64,000 bases of DNA from an uncultured Muribaculaceae bacterium. Its GTDB lineage: Bacteria; Bacillota_I; Bacilli_A; RF39; UBA660. The DNA is taken from assembly GCA_964630365.1 (NCBI GenBank), contig CAZVUP010000005.1:1877-65876 (forward strand), in the 5' to 3' direction. Below, in pieces: positions 59,081 to 64,000 of this stretch (the first letter of the stretch is position 1; each line of letters opens with the position of its first letter). The notes under the pieces were generated by a model, which ran no database searches, was not told the origin of the DNA, and saw only the letters and a program-made list of their open reading frames with translations. A program made the position numbers and the translations under genes.

Positions 59081-59326
59081 TTAATTTTTAATTTCTTCTA
59101 AAGCACTAGCTAATTGATCAGGACATGAGGTGTTTCTAAAACCACATTTAATTCCTTTTAATTTGTCTTTTACAGTATTTATATCTTGTCCTTCTACTAA
59201 GGCTGCAATTCCTTTTAAATTACCATTACAGCCACCAATAAATTTAAGATTATAAATTTTATTATCTTCAATATCGAAATCTATTTGTGCAGAACAAGTA
59301 CCACTAGTTTTATAAGTTTTATGCAT
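59081..59326 (-). CDS. TSCPD-domain small protein (TIGR03905-like)
   Basis: GTCSAQIDFDIEDNKIYNLKFIGGCNGNLKGIAALVEG...CGFRNTSCPDQLA pattern; 81 aa. Confidence 0.7.
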   Translation of the reverse strand: MHKTYKTSGTCSAQIDFDIEDNKIYNLKFIGGCNGNLKGIAALVEGQDINTVKDKLKGIKCGFRNTSCPDQLASALEEIKN

Positions 59327-59327
59327 A

Positions 59328-60560
59328 CTACTTTTCTCCTTTTAATTTATGAATTAATTTAAACAGTTTATAATGCCATGTTATTGGCAATTCAAATTCT
59401 CCTATTAATTCTTCGACATAGCCATTAAAGCCTCTTTTAAATTCATAAATACCATAATCTTTAGGATGAGTATTTATATCTGCTGGTATGCCATAAAAAT
59501 TGTGCTTTTTAAAGCCATGTTTAATACCATACTTTATTAACTCCCACTGTATTAAATACTGAGAATTATATCTTAAAAATTCTTCATAATTTCCACTAGA
59601 TAGATAAATAACTTCTGGTTGTATTAACATAAACATGGAACCAGATAAAGTAATAATATCTTGGCCTTTTTCTTTGATTGTCTCTTCTGATTCTTTAATT
59701 CTTTTATTAATAGCTTCAATCTCATTATTTAGGCCTTTCTTTTGGCCATCATTGTATTTAGCATCGCTTAAACTATTAAGTTTATCTTCTTTTTCTTGTT
59801 TTTCTTTTTGTAAGCGTTCAATATATTTTTTTAAATTTAATTCAGTTATAAAGAATTTAACTTCTTCTTTATCATGAAATAAATTATACATTTCTTGGAA
59901 ATATGATAATTTTCTAACAGAAAAGCCTTTTCTTTCTCCTGTTTCAACCATAATATTTTGGAATCTATCTAATTCATCATAAGATATTTCTTTAACATTA
60001 ATACCAAACTTTTCAGTTTTTCTAATAATGTTTCTTGTATTGGGTTTCATTTCTTTAAGAATTTCTTCTTCTGTTTTTCCTTCTAGACCTAGAGAGAACA
60101 TCCAACCTACTTGTTCCATATTTTCATTTTTAACTTTTTTAAATCCTAAATTGTATAAATTTTCTACTACAGATGAATTATCCACTCCACCTTCAACAAT
60201 ATTACCATCAATATCTCTTTCTTTGTAGATTACATAAGGGTCTATTCTTAAAATATAACCTTTTTTTTCTTTAACAAATTTTTTTAATTCAGCTGTAAAG
60301 AAATCTAAAAGTTCTTTGTCATTAAAATCTAATAAATATCCTCGAGGTGAATAGAACTCATATTTACCAAAGTGTCTTATATGAGAAAATAGCATTGTTG
60401 CAGCAACAACTTTATTACCTTTTTTTACTCCTACAAAGTATGTATTCCAACCGTTTTTTTCTCGTAATTTAGATATTTCTGGTGCTGATAAAAATGTTTT
60501 TAAGGGATGATTTTCCCAAAACTTTTGATATTCTTTTTCTGTTATTTCTTGGAATTTCAT
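59328..60560 (-). CDS. FemAB-family peptidoglycan interpeptide-bridge aminoacyltransferase
   Basis: Two GNAT-like lobes separated by a coiled-coil insertion (LQKEKQEKEDKLNSL...), with the typical FemX/FmhB N-terminus FLSAPE...GW. Confidence 0.8.
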   Translation of the reverse strand: MKFQEITEKEYQKFWENHPLKTFLSAPEISKLREKNGWNTYFVGVKKGNKVVAATMLFSHIRHFGKYEFYSPRGYLLDFNDKELLDFFTAELKKFVKEKKGYILRIDPYVIYKERDIDGNIVEGGVDNSSVVENLYNLGFKKVKNENMEQVGWMFSLGLEGKTEEEILKEMKPNTRNIIRKTEKFGINVKEISYDELDRFQNIMVETGERKGFSVRKLSYFQEMYNLFHDKEEVKFFITELNLKKYIERLQKEKQEKEDKLNSLSDAKYNDGQKKGLNNEIEAINKRIKESEETIKEKGQDIITLSGSMFMLIQPEVIYLSSGNYEEFLRYNSQYLIQWELIKYGIKHGFKKHNFYGIPADINTHPKDYGIYEFKRGFNGYVEELIGEFELPITWHYKLFKLIHKLKGEK

Positions 60561-60564
60561 ATTA

Positions 60565-61269
60565 TCACTCCTGTTTTTCTTTATCTTTTATTTTAAATAA
60601 CTCTTTTGTTTTTTCTAAATCCTCTTCTATTCTTTCATCTAAATTATCAACTATTTTATCTTTATCAAGTATTGTTAAAATTAATAATACTATTGCTATA
60701 AAAAGTAAAAGTGCTATTGATGATAATGTTATATTAAAATTATCTTTTCTTTTTTCTGTTGTATCTAAATAACTATTAGTTAAATATGTTTCATAGTTTT
60801 CATTTGTTATTATGATTTCATTTTCTGCTGGTATAAAATTAGAAATGTTTTTAATAGCTAAATCTTTTAAATCATTATCAACTATTTTAGGATAACCATA
60901 AACTCTAACTATCTCTGGAACTTTATCAGTTCTCTCATAGGTATAGTCAATTATATCTTTATACTTATCATAATCTTCTTCATTAATCGCAATTAAATAT
61001 GTATGCCACTGGCCAGTATTTTCTTTTTCTATAACAAAGTGAATTCCAATATTGGATTCTTCATAAAACGCAAATTTTTCAGACATTTTATAAATATCAA
61101 TGTATGTATATTCATCAACACTTTCAACTTCATTCCAAGGAGTTAGTTTATTATTTTCACTATATAATTTATATGTATATACAAATAGAATTGTTATTAC
61201 AATCAAATAAATTAGACAGGCTAACATTTTTAAAACTAATCTTTGGTCATTTTGTTTTTTCTTTTTCAT
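60565..61269 (-). CDS. Hypothetical membrane protein (two TM helices flanking a soluble domain)
   Basis: N-terminal TM helix (MLACLIYLIVITILFVY) and a second TM helix (ALLLFIAIVLLILTIL). No recognised motif. Confidence 0.45.
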   Translation of the reverse strand: MKKKKQNDQRLVLKMLACLIYLIVITILFVYTYKLYSENNKLTPWNEVESVDEYTYIDIYKMSEKFAFYEESNIGIHFVIEKENTGQWHTYLIAINEEDYDKYKDIIDYTYERTDKVPEIVRVYGYPKIVDNDLKDLAIKNISNFIPAENEIIITNENYETYLTNSYLDTTEKRKDNFNITLSSIALLLFIAIVLLILTILDKDKIVDNLDERIEEDLEKTKELFKIKDKEKQE

Positions 61270-61328
61270 AAATAATCCCTACTCTTGAATAATCATATCA
61301 TATTTTGAGAAAAGAAAAAAGAAATCTT

Positions 61329-62096
61329 TTAATTCATCTGCGTTTTACTATTTAATTTCAACATAAATTGTTCAATAAACTTATAATTATTATTTCTTAT
61401 ATGTAAACATATTAATATAGAGAAAACTAATGCTCCTAAAAAATTGACAAATAAATCTTTTATAGTGTCAACTAATCCTATATCTAAATAGCCCCCATTA
61501 ATTACTATTATGTTTTTATTATTACTATAAATAATCGTTTTATTTATATCAGTAATTAATATACCTTTATTTTCCAACTGTGGATTTAGTTTTACTGATG
61601 ATATTTTTGTTATTATTTGATCTTTTTGCATATCTTTAGTCAAATAATGATCAATAGAAAATTCTATAAATTCCCAAAATATCCCTATTAACATTGAAAA
61701 ACTAATAGATACTATAAAAGCAAATATTGGTTTGATATATTTATTTATATTATTATTTAAAATGTAAATTAGAGAATATCCAAATGCCGCAGAAATAAAA
61801 CCTGTTATAGTATGAAGAATTGTATCCCAGTAATAAATCAGATTAAAAAAGTTATATACTTCACCAAGTATTATAGATGAATAAATAAACAAATATACTA
61901 TTACTTCTAAAAAAATCGATATTTCTATATTAAGTGTTTTATTCATAGATTTGACAATAAAAAATAATAATAAAGTTAAAAGACAAAGAAAAATATTACT
62001 CCAATTATTATTTAATATTTGGAGTAATAAACATTTAATAACTAATAAATTTAAAATGATATATGTAAGAATATTTATTTTTATTCTTTTATTCAA
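61329..62096 (-). CDS. Polytopic membrane protein (possibly YjdF/DUF2238-like)
   Basis: About 6 TM helices and an IGIFWEFIEFSIDHY motif. Family assignment is tentative. Confidence 0.45.
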   Translation of the reverse strand: MNKRIKINILTYIILNLLVIKCLLLQILNNNWSNIFLCLLTLLLFFIVKSMNKTLNIEISIFLEVIVYLFIYSSIILGEVYNFFNLIYYWDTILHTITGFISAAFGYSLIYILNNNINKYIKPIFAFIVSISFSMLIGIFWEFIEFSIDHYLTKDMQKDQIITKISSVKLNPQLENKGILITDINKTIIYSNNKNIIVINGGYLDIGLVDTIKDLFVNFLGALVFSILICLHIRNNNYKFIEQFMLKLNSKTQMN

Positions 62097-62109
62097 TAAA
62101 TTTTCTCTC

Positions 62110-63030
62110 CTATTCTTCGAATAATTTGGAGATATTTTCTTTTGGAACTAGCATTTTCATACTCTGCTCAACTCTAAAATTATAATTCATTTCTGTACTT
62201 TTATATTCTTCACCATCAATACACCAAGATGTTTTTGGTCTATCAATAAATTCTATTTCAAAATTATTGGTTCGATAATACTTTATTCCTGGTATTTTTT
62301 TGACATCCATAGTACTTACTTGAACAAGCATTCTTAACATGTCTTTTTTTGTTTTTACATGTGCTAAAGCAACTTCAAACATGTTATCATCTATTTTTAC
62401 ATCATAATATATATCTGGTTGACCAGCAACACGTGATGAATTAGTTATGAAAATGAATGAATATGTTCCGCGATGAACTTCTCCATCTACTTTATATTTT
62501 ATGCTATATTCATGAATACTATTTCTTAATTGTTTAAGTCCATAAATAATATAAGCTATTTTTCCATAACGTTTTTTTAGGCTTCTAGGAGTTGCGTAAG
62601 CTAAATCAATATAATCACCAAAACAGGCAACATAAACAAATGGTGTATCATTTATGAAGCAAACATCTACTTTTTTTGCTTTTCCTTCTAATATTTTTTC
62701 TAAATTTTTATAGACAGTTTGATCAAGTCCATACATATTTCCAACATCGTTAACACTTCCTAGTGGAAGTGGAGCAACTATAAGCTTTTTTCTTCTAAGC
62801 ATGTTTCCTGAGACTATTTCATTTAATGTTCCATCTCCGCCACCACTTAATACTAAATCAACATTGTCACTAAGAGATTGAATAATATTTTTAGCATCAC
62901 CTCTAGCTTTTGTAAATATTATATCAGTGTCATAGCCATATTTTCTTAAAATATCATAGAAACCATTATATGACTTTATCTTTTTTTTCTTACCACTTTC
63001 TGGATTCATAATTATTACACATTTTTTCAT
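62110..63030 (-). CDS. Diacylglycerol/lipid kinase family protein (DagK/YegS-like)
   Basis: MNPESGK N-terminus and the LVLSGGGDGTLNE catalytic-domain motif; 306 aa. Confidence 0.85.
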   Translation of the reverse strand: MKKCVIIMNPESGKKKKIKSYNGFYDILRKYGYDTDIIFTKARGDAKNIIQSLSDNVDLVLSGGGDGTLNEIVSGNMLRRKKLIVAPLPLGSVNDVGNMYGLDQTVYKNLEKILEGKAKKVDVCFINDTPFVYVACFGDYIDLAYATPRSLKKRYGKIAYIIYGLKQLRNSIHEYSIKYKVDGEVHRGTYSFIFITNSSRVAGQPDIYYDVKIDDNMFEVALAHVKTKKDMLRMLVQVSTMDVKKIPGIKYYRTNNFEIEFIDRPKTSWCIDGEEYKSTEMNYNFRVEQSMKMLVPKENISKLFEE

Positions 63031-63125
63031 ATTATTGCCTCCTAAAAGGTACTAACTAGCTATATTATATCATTATTATTTATAAATACTACTATATAAA
63101 AAGAAAAAGTGCTAAAGCACTTTAC

Positions 63126-64000
63126 TTAGTAATAAAATAGATTCATATCAACATTTCCGGAAATACCAGGTATTTGTCCTTCTGAAGTATATTGCCATCC
63201 TTCATAAGCACCATCATATCCAATATATCCTCGCCAATCAGCAACCCAACCAACATTATTTTTGGCACTATCTGGAAATCTATTGGCTATAAATGATGTA
63301 GATGCATATACTTTGGTTTTAATACACATTGTTTTTTCTGTATTTTCTACAAATGTATTAATCATTTGACCATAGGTTTCTTTACTTATATTATTACTAC
63401 TTTCACCAGTTGATTTAATATCCCAATCTTCTAAATCATAATATATTGAGAATATATTGGTTGCAATATTTACCTTATATTCATTTGATAACTCTATAAG
63501 CCAATTAGACTCTTTTAATGCTTCATCTGCATTTTCAGCATAGCTAAATAAGTAAATTGAATAAGGTATTCCAAGTCTTTCTAATTCATTCTTATTATAT
63601 TCAAAAGTTCTGTCACGATAACCAATTCCAAATCCTATTCTTAATATAACTGCATCAACTAAGCCAGATTGTTTAACTTTATTCCAATCAATATTACCAT
63701 TATTATGTGATATATCAATTACGCGTATCTGTCTGACAATTTTTTCAAATTCACCGGTATCGTTGTTAAACTTCCAAAATTGATCAATCATATATTGAAT
63801 CCCTCTAGCCTGGGTGCCATCTGGATTATAATAATATGTTTTTCCATCAATTACTTTAAAACCCTCTAATAGCCCTGTATCATCATTAAATTTATATTGT
63901 CTATTATTAATAGTCTGTATTCCAGTTATAAAAGCACCATCTGAGCCGCCATAATAATAATCTCCATTCCAGCTTTGCCAACCATGTAATAACCTATTTG
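63126..64000 (-). CDS. GH25 muramidase with N-terminal cell-wall-binding repeats (5' end beyond the window)
   Basis: GH25: VIDISHNNGNIDWNKVKQSGLVDAVILRIGFG. The frame stays open upstream of M63791 and reads ...GWQSWNGDYYYGGSDGAFITGIQTINNRQYKFNDDTGLLEGFKVIDGKTYYYNPDGT (CW_binding-type repeats) to the window edge. Confidence 0.8.
   Translation of the reverse strand, partial: NRLLHGWQSWNGDYYYGGSDGAFITGIQTINNRQYKFNDDTGLLEGFKVIDGKTYYYNPDGTQARGIQYMIDQFWKFNNDTGEFEKIVRQIRVIDISHNNGNIDWNKVKQSGLVDAVILRIGFGIGYRDRTFEYNKNELERLGIPYSIYLFSYAENADEALKESNWLIELSNEYKVNIATNIFSIYYDLEDWDIKSTGESSNNISKETYGQMINTFVENTEKTMCIKTKVYASTSFIANRFPDSAKNNVGWVADWRGYIGYDGAYEGWQYTSEGQIPGISGNVDMNLFYY

Overview
This is a very AT-rich chromosomal segment from a low-GC Gram-positive bacterium (Bacillota-like). 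Supporting features: standard genetic code, FemAB transferase, lipobox lipoproteins, and a GH25 muramidase with cell-wall-binding repeats. All domain calls were made by eye from motifs in the supplied translations; no searches were run.

Most genes lie on the minus strand. Housekeeping genes include glmS, dnaE, lspA, rpmB (found by hand, below the ORF-track cutoff), typA, alr, gpmI, mnmA, a TsaC/YwlC-like gene, upp with a uracil permease, guanine deaminase, a CPC-type P-type metal ATPase with an ArsR regulator, HtrA, and a DagK-like lipid kinase. One tRNA-Gly(UCC) is present. No rRNA gene or CRISPR array was seen.

Accessory content worth attention:
1. About 29.4-40.1 kb: an approximately 10.7-kb integrated mobilizable element next to tRNA-Gly. 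It has a large serine recombinase and a MobV relaxase. Its cargo is a CBASS-like pair (2TM-SAVED-like effector plus CD-NTase-like cyclase), an unknown 513-aa protein, an HhH-GPD glycosylase-like gene, a frameshifted YbaK-like gene, and a type I toxin-antitoxin-like locus at its left end.
2. 24.1-28.4 kb: a HerA/FtsK-like ATPase translationally coupled to an unrecognised cysteine-rich protein, followed by a metallophosphoesterase-nucleotidyltransferase fusion with its own consensus promoter. This is my best candidate for an undescribed system.
3. 5.5-9.9 kb: four tandem HipA/PI3-4-kinase-like paralogs followed by a GNAT/P-loop-kinase fusion, with no recognisable antitoxin.
4. A SpoT-type HD hydrolase fused to a P-loop kinase-like domain.
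5. A stand-alone ClpB/ClpC NBD1-only AAA+ ATPase paired with a zinc-ribbon membrane protein.
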